Below the pieces are notes generated by a model. It saw nothing but the letters and a program-made list of their open reading frames with translations. It was not told the origin of the DNA and made no database searches. This document shows positions 1-12,341 of a stretch of DNA of 64,000 nt, piece by piece. Every line of letters starts with the position of its first letter. Within the stretch, counting starts at the first letter, position 1. The stretch is from Eledone cirrhosa (lineage: Eukaryota): contig OZ024749.1 of assembly GCA_964016885.1 (NCBI GenBank), positions 53,134,001 through 53,198,000 of the forward strand, in the 5' to 3' direction. A program made the position numbers and the translations under genes.

Positions 1-33
1 GGCTTGAGCTCTGCCGTCGGGGTCATACTTTTT

Positions 34-68
<35 letters not shown>

Positions 69-72
<4 letters not shown>

Positions 73-555
73 GGTTGTTTTGGAAGCCTCAACAATGCAG
101 ATGGGTAAATCTCCAGGTAACAGAATCAGGTGGTAATGAGAGAGATGTAAGAGGAAATTTAAAATGAGACGTATAGGGTGTAGAGGAACGTAGGAAAGAG
201 TGTAAAAATAATAACACGAGATAGTTACCTTGGGAGAGATTTAATTGTCCCTATATTTCGGATTTCGCATCCATCAACGATAGACAACAGAGGCCACATG
301 TTGTCTCTCTCCAACTAAAAAGCCTTCCCCCTCGGAAAACCCCCAGCTGATGGATGCGAAATCCGAAATATAGGGACAATTAAATCACTTCCAAGGTAAC
401 TATCTCGTGTTATTATTTTTACACTCTTTCCTACGTTCCTCTACACCCTATACATCTCTTTCTACATTTTCTCTTACATCTCTCTCATTACCACCTGATT
501 CTATTACCCGGAGATTTACCCATCTGGTTTGCTGAGGCTTCCAAAACGACCAATT
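69..555. mobile_element. Foldback element in (TA)n with ~205-bp inverted arms (Penelope-like remnant?)
   Basis: 69-276 is the imperfect reverse complement of 348-555; (TA)n tracts lie on both sides. Confidence 0.65.
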
Positions 556-594
556 TTATTATTCTACAATGCTTGAAGCAAACTTCAATACTCT

Positions 595-634
<40 letters not shown>

Positions 635-886
635 AAAACAAGGAGAAAAAGACGATTATTACGAAGAAAAAAATAAATAAATGCCATTGTTAGTTAATAA
701 ATAATTCAACTAATACCTTAACACTTCACACAAAGTAAAATATTTCGTTTTAATCATTTTCTAACCCAGAAAAAAGAGGGAAAAAATAAAAAGGAAAAAA
801 AAAAATTTTTCTTCTTAATAATCGTCTTTTTCTCCCTGTTTTCATATATATATATATCCTAACTCGTGTGCTCCCTCTCCACATTT

Positions 887-929
<43 letters not shown>

Positions 930-956
930 GTGTGTGTGAGATTTAAAACCATATAT

Positions 957-2022
957 ATCACCGTTTTACGTCCGTTCTTCCATGCTAGCATGGGTTAGAC
1001 GGGTTGTCCTGTTGTGGGCAGTGTCTGGTCAGCTGACCATGCCTTGCTCATACAGGAACTGATTCTGGCTTGATTTCTACAGCTGGATGCCCTTCCTAAC
1101 ACCAACCACATTTACAGTGAGTGCTGGGTGCTTTTTTCCGTGGCACCTACACGTCCACTTCACAGTGTGGGCTGGGTGCTTTTTAGCCGTGGCACCTCCA
1201 CGACCACTTTGCAGTGGGAGGGTGTGGGGGCATATTGTCTATATGCTTCAGCTTGTACCCATGGGAGGTCGGGTACTCTGTATTACTGCGTGACACCAGA
1301 GGTCACGGTCGTGTGTCATCGCCTTTAAGAGGTGTAATTGGGTAAGGTCGGCTTTTATCAGCACCTTTTTATGCAGCTGTCATCCTTCATACGCATCATA
1401 TGTCCATACCAACACAACCGCCTTTCCTGCAAACAGCATTTGATTCCTCTTATGCTCAGTCTCTCTCTCAATTCATTTATGCTTTGCCGTTCGCGTATAT
1501 TACTATTACACATCCATCGGAGCATGCAGGCTTCGTTTCTCTCTAATCTCCGTAAGTCTTCCACCTTCAGCACCCAGGTCTCACTACCATGTAACATTGC
1601 TGTTTGGATACACGCATCATACAGTCTGCCTTTCATTTTGAGGGAAAAGCCTTTTGCAGCTAGCAGTGGCAGTAGTTCCCTGAACTTCTTCCATCCCGTT
1701 TTTACCCTAGTTATTGTACTTTCTGAACACCCACCTCCGCTGCTAATTCGGTCACCTAGGTAGCAGAAGCTGTCTACTGTTTCTACAGAGCCCTCCCAGA
1801 GATTGGTGGTACTTGTTTCCTGTGGCTGTTTGCTGCTTGCTGTCCCAGCACAGCTGCTACATGTGAAGCCTACATTCTTAATTAAGCTTCCTGAGATCCC
1901 ACTACATCTCTTGTGTACCCATTGTTTGCATTTGGGGCAGAGAATGGAGTTCCTACCTACACCTTTCCTACATACTGAGCAAGGCCATTTCTCTGAGGGG
2001 ATCTGGGTTCTGTTTTCTAGTC
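957..2022 (-). mobile_element. 5'-truncated RTE-clade LINE (PHD-like finger, RT C-terminal part, 3' UTR)
   Basis: ORF 1358-2287 has [33 protein letters not shown]; closely related to the element at 43.5-47.1 kb. Confidence 0.93.
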
Positions 2023-2324
2023 TACTTATATATATATATTTATTTAATGTGTGTAATGTAAAACCACACACATATATATATATACATATAAGTTCAAAAT
2101 AGGGAGTGCACAGGACAATGGAAAAAACAACGGAAAGCTGGACAGTCTCATCCCTTCCAGTAAACCCTGGAAACCACCACAGCCTTGGTGCACCAAGGTC
2201 GAATACACACACACACACACACATATATATATGTGTGATTTTAAAACCATGTATAAATACATTTAAAAGAACAAAACGAGGTTTCACATTGAGGTTTTTA
2301 TTGATTAAGCTCAGTTACGAACAT

Positions 2325-2580
2325 TTCACAGATGGGTGGCTCAGCATCTATATTTGTTATAGACTTGACTCAAGCCCCAATCTGCTCATCACAGATCAGT
2401 GGCTCAAGATCTATATTTGTTATAGACCTGACTCAAGCCCCAATCTGCTCATCACAGATCAGTGGCTCAAGATCTATATTTGTTATAGACCTGACTCAAG
2501 CGCCAATCTGCTCATTACAGATGGGTGGCTCAGTATCTATATTTATTATAGACCTGACTCAAGCCCCAATCTGCTCACCA
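2325..2580. repeat. 63-bp tandem repeat, ~4 copies
   Basis: gctcaagatctatatttgttatagacctgactcaagccccaatctgctc... repeated. Confidence 0.9.
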
Positions 2581-2949
2581 GTCTTGTTAATCAATCAAAC
2601 CCAGAATCTCATCTATGTGCCTGTCTGTGTGTGTGAGATTTAAATCTATGTACACACACACACACACACACACATACAAATTGTGCCTCAACATCCTTCT
2701 GAGTCTCTAAAATAAGACTAACAAAAGTAGCCAAACAAAAATAGCCAAACAAAAATATATTCGTCCTCCCTCCCTTCAGAGATTTCCTCTGACTATTGTT
2801 TATATCTTTTCATATAAAAGTATACCCACATTTAACAAAGTTTTAAGAACTTCTGCCAGTATTAAAACATTCAGTACACAAAAATCTGGTTGGATATTGG
2901 ATATTTCAATGTGTTTAAACTGGAAAAAAGATGGCATTGACAACAAGGG

Positions 2950-3610
2950 TTTGTAATTTAGGCACAAAGCCAGCCATTTGTGAAGAGGAGAGGTAAAGCC
3001 AATTAAATTGACCCCAGTACTTGGTTAGTACACTATTTTGTTGACCTCAGTAGGATTTGAAGTCGATCCCAATACTTGGCTGGTTTTTTATTTTGTTGAA
3101 CCCTGAAGGAGAAACTGCAAAGTTGACCTCAGCAGGATTTGAACTCAGAATGTAAAGAGTGACAACAAATACTGCTAAGCATTTATCTGATGCTCTACCA
3201 GCTCTGCCATTCCACTATCCTTAAAACAATAATTCTTTCTAACATTAGCACAAGGCCAGCAATTTGGGAGGAGAAAGTTGGCAACCTCGACTTTAGTATT
3301 TAATGAGTATTGTATTTTATTTTATCGACCCCAGGGGAAGGATGAAGAGCAAAGTCGACCTCATAAATCATTCTATCAATTCCCCACCCACTCTATTATC
3401 AAAAATAACAACTTCCAATTTAGACGCCAACAATTTGAGGGGGTGTGGAGAACCGATTAAATTGACTCCAGTACTTGACTGGTACTTTATTTTATCGACT
3501 CTGGAAGGATGAAAGGCAAAGTTGACCTCAGCAGGATTTGAACTCAGAACATAAAGAGCCAGAAGAAATAGTGTTAAGCATTTCTCCGACGCTCTACTGA
3601 TTCTGATAAT
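2950..3610 (-). mobile_element. Cluster of degenerate tRNA-derived SINE copies (Nin/Deu-like domain)
   Basis: Repeated gatgaaaggcaaagttgacctcagcaggatttgaactcagaa segments. Confidence 0.8.
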
Positions 3611-3974
3611 CCAAATAATACTAATGATGTGGCTGAATGAAATTAAAAAAAATAAAAATTGTAAACGTTTGTTTAATAAAAACATTACATGTAGACGTAA
3701 TATCTTTGTTATGTAAGCTTTTATAAGTAAGCAGATTTTATAAATATTTAATTACCTTAGGCGTTTTTATTAGATTCAATTTTTGAAAAAAAAAAAAAAA
3801 ACAATTATATTTACTATAGTAAGACTTTTGTGAAGACCATCAAGATGACAAAAAACCCCCAAAAGCGAAGTGTTTGAGAAGGCTTTCAGAAACACTGCAA
3901 ATATTTCTTATATATAATAGACACAAGGCCTCAGAATTTGGGGCCAAGGGACAGTCATATATATATATATATAT

Positions 3975-4370
3975 ATATTTATTATAAGAACAGATAAAAA
4001 ATTTAAGTAAATAATCACTGCTTTCACCCTTAACGGGATCTTCAGAAGATCCCACTAAGGGTGAAAGCAGTGATTCTTTGCTTAAACTTTAATCTGTTCT
4101 TATAATAAATATTTGCTCTACGGGTTTATATATATATATATATATATATATTTATTTATTAAAATAACATTAAAGTTTAAACAAAGAATTGCTGCTTTCA
4201 CCCTTAATGGGATCTTCTGAAACTCGTTAAGAGTGAAAGCAGCGATTCTTTGCTTAAACTTTAATCTGTTATTTTAATAAATATTTGCTCTACGGTTCTT
4301 ATATATTTGATATATATTTATCCTTATCGAGCCCTCTTTGGATTTTAGTCTTCACATTTATTATTATTAT
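3975..4370. mobile_element. Two adjacent palindromic repeats in (TA)n; same family at 23125-23290 and 49452-49565
   Basis: Hairpin centred on gggatcttcagaagatccc with ~65-bp arms; same sequence recurs elsewhere in the window. Confidence 0.75.
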
Positions 4371-4381
4371 ATATATATTCA

Positions 4382-4572
4382 GGGCGGTGAATTGGCAGTA
4401 TCGGTAGAGGGTCGGACGCCATGCTTTGACGCATAGAGTTACGGCCCTTGCCATTCTGAGTTCAAATCCCGCCGAGGTTAACTTTGCCTTTCATCCTTAC
4501 GGGGTCGATAAAATAAAGTACCAGTAATGTACTGGGATAATTGCTGGCCTTGTGCCAATAGTAGAAACAATT
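4382..4572 (+). mobile_element. tRNA-derived SINE family A (Nin/Deu-like central domain), full-length copy
   Basis: A-box-like ttggcagtatcgg, B-box gagttcaaatcc, then gcctttcatccttacggggtcgataaaat. Other copies: + at 6398-6590, 20980-21170, 23745-23932, 26065-26260, 30353-30541, 47540-47652, 50750-50962, 54177-54398; - at 8562-8702, 22678-22870, 24910-25085, 32395-32600, 37942-38116, 40760-41215. Confidence 0.9.
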
Positions 4573-5035
4573 ATATATATATATATAATCAACCCCAGTA
4601 TGTGACTGGTACTTTATTTTATTGACCCCTGGAAGGATGTAAAGCAAAGTTTGGATTTGAATTCAGAACATAAAAATATAAAGGCCATAACAAATACTGC
4701 AAGGTATTTTTGTGTGATGCTCCACTGATTCTGCCAAACTGCCATCCTAGAGACATTGAAAAATAAACTAGAGTATTTATAATTTCTAATTAATTTATAA
4801 TAATAATAATTTTGTAAATGTCAGTTTGGTACTGGTACCAATATTTGATACAAGGAGAGAAGATTTACAGTTTTCCTTTTTCTCTTTTTTTTTCTTTTTT
4901 TCTTTCCTTTTTTTTTCTTTTTTTTCTGATTTTTTTTTTGTTTTAAATGGTAGCAGGTGTAAAAATATTTTAAAACAAAAAAATAATCTAAACAACAGTA
5001 AACAATATCAAAAATACTTTCCCTTCCTCTTCAGT

Positions 5036-5656
5036 TTATACCATATCTTCTTCATCGTGTTTATCTTCTTCATTGTATTTATCTCGTCCATTGCGTGTTT
5101 CTCGTCCATTGCGTGATTCTCGTCCATTGCGTGATTCTCGTCCATTGCGTGATTCTCGTCCATTGCGTGTTTCTCGTCCATTGCGTGTTTCTCGTCCATT
5201 GGGTGTTTCTCGTCCATTGCGTGTTTCTCGTCCATTGCGTGTTTCTCGTCCATTGCGTGTTTCTCGTCCATTGCGTGTTTCTCGTCCATTGCGTGTTTCT
5301 CGTCCATTGCGTGTTTCTCGTCCATTGCGTGTTTCTCCTCCATTGCGTGTTTCTTCTCCATTGCTTGTTTCTTCTTCGTATTTTTCTTCATCATCATCTG
5401 TTTCTCCAGATTCAATTTGCTCGAGAGATTTTCCCTTCAGTAGCGGAGGCCGAACTCGTTCATGTTCTTTGTTCTCCTCTTCGTCTTTCTTGAAAAACTT
5501 TACATCGGATGTCATCGAGGCTGTGTCTGAAGAGCTGAATCTTCTTGATTTGCGGTTTGCCAACGTAATTGTTGTTTGTCTCTTCAATTGGAGCTGATGC
5601 ATCAAATCCTGATTACTTTCTCGGGTTAAGTTGCGGTCATACTTTTGGTGAAGAAC
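5036..5656 (-). CDS. NHE terminal exon 23 ([10 protein letters not shown]...(ETRNGR)n...EEDMV*)
   Basis: ttcttcag acceptor; KYDRNL motif typical of invertebrate NHE tails; open to TAA at 5036. Confidence 0.85.
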   Translation of the reverse strand, partial: VLHQKYDRNLTRESNQDLMHQLQLKRQTTITLANRKSRRFSSSDTASMTSDVKFFKKDEEENKEHERVRPPLLKGKSLEQIESGETDDDEEKYEEETSNGEETRNGGETRNGRETRNGRETRNGRETRNGRETRNGRETRNGRETRNGRETPNGRETRNGRETRNGRESRNGRESRNGRESRNGRETRNGRDKYNEEDKHDEEDMV

Positions 5657-8600
5657 CTGAAGAAAAAACCCAGAAAAAAAGAATCATAATTTATCATAAC
5701 TAACTGGCCCTATGACATAAAAAATGACAGCTAATTGTAATATCTATACATAGTATAAAAAAGAGATGTTTGTTTGTTCGTTCCTTCGTGCTCACTTACA
5801 CAAGTCATACAAACATACAAACACACAGCTGTGACGAATCTTAGAATACTGGACTTCTATAGTTTCTCACCCTCCCTCCTCAGTCATCACATAGATGTGT
5901 GTGTTTTATACACCCCTTCCTTCCGCAGTCGACGTAATTACCCCTTCCTCAGTCATCTTTAGTGTGTAACGGACAAATACACAAGGCTATTATATTAGTA
6001 GATTATATAAAGAATTATATACACTTCTAAATAATTAGTGAAGGCCACATGGCTTAGTGGTTAGAGAATTATATTTGTAATCGTGAGATTGTGAGTTTGA
6101 TTCCAAGACCGGGTGATGCGTTACGTCCTTGAGCAAGACACTTTATTTCACATTACTCTTTCTACCAGGAATTCTGACTAGTAGATAGTATCAATGATAG
6201 ACCGATGGAAGCATTGTTCCCTTAGTCAGATTTCCCTTCCAGAGAAGGATAAAGAGAGAGAGGAACTGACAAAGAGATATAGAGAAAGAATCGGACAGTT
6301 GCTTCATGTAGGTTTGAACCTACATTACAATTTAAATACTAAATATTGTCATATCTGGAGTTATTAGGCAGAGAAAGGTGGCATTATTCTTAGTTTAGGG
6401 AGCGGTGGATTGGCAGTATTGATAGAGAGTCGGACGCCATGCTTTGCAGCAAAGAGTTACGGCCCTTTATGGTCTGAGTTCAAATCCCGCCGAGGTTAAC
6501 TTTGCCTTTCATCCTTACGGGGTCGATAAAATAAAGTACTAGTAATGTACTGGGTAATTGCTGGCCTTGTGCCAAAAGTAGAAAAAATTAATCTTAGTTT
6601 TGTCCAACTTCTCTGCAAAACTGGGCTATCTGCAACATTTAGAAATTTTACCAATTCAGTGACTGAGTCATTTGCATACAGAAGCAGCCCCCTGAATTGT
6701 ATTAAATTTCAAGGACAAAAATGAAGTTATGTCAGGACACAGTCTATTTACAGTCTATTTAAACACTTCCGTTACCGTATTTCTAATGAAATACACAACC
6801 TGTGTGACTCAATTAATTTTTATAAATAATCAAATATTTGGAGGAATTTAATAAAATATCTCAATTTGTTATTATTAAGCTGATATTTAGAACATTACTC
6901 AAGAAAAAATTCTGAAATAAAATCATGATATAAGGGTTTAATACAAGGATAAACATTTGAAAATGAGCAATTTTGTATCAAAAGGGTTAAACAGTATATT
7001 TTTCATGTATATTAATTATATGCCCAACCTTCATAGAGTTTGAACAACTTTCATGAGACATCCATATCAAATTTGCAGTTCTATTTTTCAATTGAACACA
7101 ACACAGAATTCGATGTCATCTTTGATGTAAATTCAAATTGCTCAATACATGGGGACATTACAGTATGTAGACCCTCTGAAACAGAAGTGACCCTACGATG
7201 TGTCTGTTGACCTTATTGCGACTGAAGGAGGCCTATGATGTGTGTTCACCCTCCCGAGACAGAAGGGACCCTATGAATATGTAGGCGTGTGTGTGTGCGT
7301 ATGTAGGCGTGTGTGTGTAGGCGTATGTGTATGTATGTATGTAGGCATGTGTGTATGTAGGCGTGTGTGTGTGTATGTAGGTGTGTGCGTATGTAGACGT
7401 GTGTGTGCGTATGTGTGTGAGCGTATGTAGGTGTGTGTGTGTGTATATATACATACATAAATATGTTGTGAAGAGGATTGAATTAAAAAAACAAAACTAA
7501 AGTCCAACTTACGTTTGTCTTATGTTGCCAGTCAAGAAAGGTCTTCATATCATGCATGGAGTGAGTGCTACTAATTTTTGAGTGTGACTTAACCGTTCTA
7601 AATGGTGACAGTCTTGATGTCGTGAATTGTTCTGGTAGAGGAAAATAGAAAATTAAAACAAATTGATGATAAATGTTTTCAAAAGAAATGTTACAGAAAC
7701 TGCCCACCACCCACTGAGCCACCACCCACTGAGCCACCACCACCCACCACCCACTGAGCCACCACCACCCACCACGCCACCACCACCCACTGAGCCACCA
7801 CCACCCACCACCCACTGAGCCACCACCACCCACTGAGCCACCACCACCCACTGAGCCGCCACCACCCACTGAGCCGCCACCACCCACTGAGCCACCACCA
7901 CCCACTGAGCCGCCACCACCCACTGAGCCGCCAAACACCCACTGAGCCGCCACCACCCACTGAGCCGCCACCACCCACTGATCCGCCACCACCCACTGAG
8001 CCACCACCACCCACTGAGCCGCCACCACCCACTGAGCCGCCACCACTCACTGAGCCGCCACCACCCACTGAGCCGCCAAACACCCACTGAGCCACCACCA
8101 CCCACTGAGCCGCCACCACCCACTGAGCCGCCACCACCCACTGAGCCGCCACCACCCACTGAGCCGCCACCACCCACTGAGCCGCCACCACCCACTGAGC
8201 CGCCACCACCCACTGAGCCACCACCACCCACCACCATCAACAAACTTTCATTTAACCATATATAAATGGGGAAATAATCAAGAATTATAAACATTTTAGT
8301 TTGTAGCACCCTATTGTCACATTCTTAACTCTCGCTCTCCCTGTATAGTATATTTGGCAATACAGCGAATGTTTAATTAAACACATTTAGAACACCATAC
8401 ACTGTCAGTTTTAAAGTATTGACTATGTCACTTCTTTTCAGTGAAAACAGTATTACAAGGCCAGCAATTTGAAGAGAAAGGGAAAGTTGATTAAAATCAA
8501 CCCCCAGTGCATTACTGGTACTTTATGGCACTAGGGTTGATTTAATTGATTTTATTTATTCTAATAATTGTTTCTACTTTTGGCACAAGACCAGCAATTA

Positions 8601-10824
8601 CCTAGTACATTACTGGTACTTTATTTTATCGACCCTGTAAGGATGAAAGGCAAAGTTAACCTCGGCGGGATTTGAACTCAGAATGGCAAGGACCGTAACT
8701 CTAATGAAACCTAATAATTGATTTACAAATTACTACTTACCATCTTCTATTCCTAGAGCATCAAGTTCTTTCAAAGGAATCACAGTTTCCATCTCTTTCC
8801 TTAAAAGTAAAATTAAATGAAAAATAGATGTAAAAAACAAAGACAATATTTACAAACCAAAAGAACTTGACATTCACTGGCACTTCTTCTGTGTCACCTT
8901 AAATCTTTCTGAATATCTGTAACATGTAAAATGCGACTAACATATTTATTTCCAAACTTGAAAACTATATGGGTTTGACTTAATAAAACCTTATTTTCAA
9001 TCAGTTTTAAATATATCTAGTAAATAAGTCTAAAGAAAAATGTTTTAGAGATATTAATAAATTGTAAACGGAAGAAAAATACAGGAAGAAAAAATGTAAA
9101 TATACAAGTTTAAATCAAATTACTTGGATTAATTAAACTATACTTCCTTCTAAGTTAGTTTTGGTAGACCTGTGTCACCGTGTGACAGTTGCGGCAGGCC
9201 TGTGTCACTGTGACTGCCATGGTAGACCTGTGTTGCCGTGTGACAGATTCGATATTATGCAAAATATTATGTGAGGTAAAGCCTTTACTGTTGCAATACA
9301 ATAGTATATATAGAGTAATGTAAATGTTAAAGGGTTAAGGTGAAGAAGGAAGAGACAATGGAAGGTGAGTTAGCAGTTAAAACTACAGAAGTTAAGGTAA
9401 TATTTATATTACAGTAAATTTGTATGTGTGATGCTCAAACAGTTGAATTGTCAAATAAACTCTCTCCTTGTTGGAAAAATGAAACAAGAGAATAGTGAAC
9501 AGTGTGTATAGCAAGAGGTGTTAGTTTATTGATTTGCTGACGGTCAGTCAGAGCTGAACCCATGGAAATTGAGTCTTAGAAGAAATCATTAGATCTCATT
9601 TTCAAGATAACCAGATTTAAAAATATGGGAGAGTAATTAGAAGTGGAAATCAAGACTGGGTTTCAAGAAGGTGTGTGGTTTAGTGAAGAAGGAATAAGAT
9701 AGCTTTCTCAAACAAAGTAACTAGATGTAGAATATAATGAAGGTATTAGAAGCAGAAATCAAGACTGGGTTTCAAAGAGTGTGTGGTTTAGTGAAGAAGA
9801 AATAAGATAGCTTTCTCAAACAAAGTAACTAGATGTAGAATATAATGAAGGTATTAGAAGCAGAAATCAAGACTGGGTTTCAAAGAGTGTGTGGTTTAGT
9901 GAAGAAGAAATAAGATAGCTTTCTCAAACAAAGTAACTAGATGTAGAATATAATGAAGGTATTAGAAGCAGAAATCAAGACTGGGTTTCAAAGAGTGTGT
10001 GGTTTAGTGAAGAAGAAATAAGACTGTGGTTTAGTGGAGAAGAAGAAGTAAGATAGCTTTCTCTTTCTCAAACAAAGTAACTAGATGTAAAATAACTATC
10101 TAAACACTGAGTTCTGTAACTCCCTGAGAGAATCATAGGAGCGACATATTGATACACGCTGTTTCTAGGGCATTGGATGTAAAATAAAGTGGAGTAATTT
10201 AGAGTAAAAATCCTGACTGGATTATAGAATAAGTTTAACTAGAAACCTCTCTCCGGGTTACTTGAAATTGCTGATTTAACCAGGTTTTTCTACACGAAGA
10301 AAGATAGTTCTTTTTTTTACATTACTCTATATAACTTTGATAACTTTCGACCAATATTGGCCCAGGCCATGTCTAACTTAATAGCACCACCTACTATATT
10401 TTCACGGTAAAGTCTTTACTTTACATAATTATCTAACATAATATAGAATCTATGAGATTTTTATGCTATTTATTTTGAGATCAATACCCTAACATAAATA
10501 TGAATGGCTGGTTATGGCCGGTTTGAACAGAAAAAGGTGAGAGAATTCTGACCAGATACAACTGGTTTAAATACTAAAGGATTAAAGCAACAAAACAAAA
10601 ACACTAAAAATATTTTTGTGGGTTAGTCAGACGAAGAAGGGAAGTGCAAATAATATATCTCACACACACACACTTAAGTGGTGTTGGGGAAAGGGAGTAA
10701 CCACAGTTAAATAAGGTACTCAATATATAGGTAGAGTGTAGGCATCTTTATTATATACAGAAATGGCTTCCACAGAACTAGAACTGTTTCATTCGAAAGA
10801 AATCATTTCTTTCGAATGAAACAG

Positions 10825-10876
<52 letters not shown>

Positions 10877-12265
10877 CAGGCAAACATATAGAGACAGGTG
10901 GAGACACAGACAAGCAGAGAGACAGGTAGGTAGGTAGAGAGAGACAGGTAGGTAGAGAGAGACGGGCAGAGAGACAGGTAGGTAGAGAGAGACAGGCAGA
11001 GAGACAGGTAGGTAGAGAGAGACAGGCAGAGAGACAGGTAGGTAGAGAGAGACAGACAGACAGACAGACATGTAGCTAGTTAGGTATTACAACATAAAAC
11101 ATTAAGTGCATCTGCTATTGGTGGGGTGAGAGTGAGAGCAACTTCTACCAGTGCAATACAATTAATGAGATCAAAATAACTGATAAAGTTATACCAATCA
11201 TCTTCATTGAGTCTGAAAAATAAATTCAAATATATTTTAAACTATTGATATTAGCTTCAAAATAATATGTTTAATAACAATAAGAATAGAGCGTAAGATA
11301 TAGAAATTTTAACTTAAGTTTTACTGAACCGGTAAATCCACTATCATAACTTTTGGTTTGAAAATACCATTACGATAAAATATTTTAACCCTTTTGTTGC
11401 CATATTCCAAATGAAAGACACCACCTATGTCTTTAACCCTTTTGTTGCCATATTCCAAATGAGACACCACCTATGTCTTTAACCCTTTTGTTGCCATATT
11501 CCAAATGAAAGACACCACCTATGTCTTTAACCCTTTTGTTGCCATATTTCAAATGAAAGACACTACCTATGTCTTTAACCCTTTTGTTGCCATATTTCAA
11601 ATGAAAGACACTGTCTATTATTTTCAAATATTTTGGAAAAGATTATCAAGAATTTGGAAGAATCTCTCTAAGTATTTTTCATAGTCAAAAACCTGTGTTG
11701 AAGCTGTTAACTTTAAACTAACATACATTCAAAATTTACAATTCGCCCAACAGTTCTTAAACTATGACATGAATGTTTATTTAATATTTATTTATTTAAT
11801 GGAAATAAAAATAGACCCCTTAAATGTTTCAAATGTTTTATATAAGTTGAAATAATTATAAAATCTATAACTATGACATTAAAACAACAACAACAACATG
11901 AATAAATTCAACGTATTGCAAAGGTTAATAAGTTTAGTAGTATACAATACAGTATCTATACACATAGACGCACACATACACACATAGACGCACACACGCC
12001 CCCCCCCCCCCCCCCATATATATAGTGTTAGTTTTGGTGCAGTAAATATGTTAGTCATTTTATTAAAAGTAATTAAATAAAATTCTAAAGATAAAAATTC
12101 TAAAAAAAATAAATAATTAGGTTGGTAAATGGCAATAAAGCACCAATTTGTGTGTCAGAACAAGCAATTTAGGTAAGACAAAACAACAAAAAAGAAGCAT
12201 GCATTCTATTATTTCTAAATACTAAAATCTAAAAATATGTTTGGCAAGGTTTCTTAAAGCTTGGG

Positions 12266-12341
<76 letters not shown>

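Noticed and set aside
5008-5415. Separate (MDEKHA)n protein
   Set aside because: Alternative frame of the NHE tail minisatellite; the spliced frame from exon 22 is the ETRNGR frame.
7483-8309. Gly-rich (GGGGSV)n ORFs
   Set aside because: Translations of an 18-bp minisatellite; only 7513-7631 has splice signals fitting the NHE frame.
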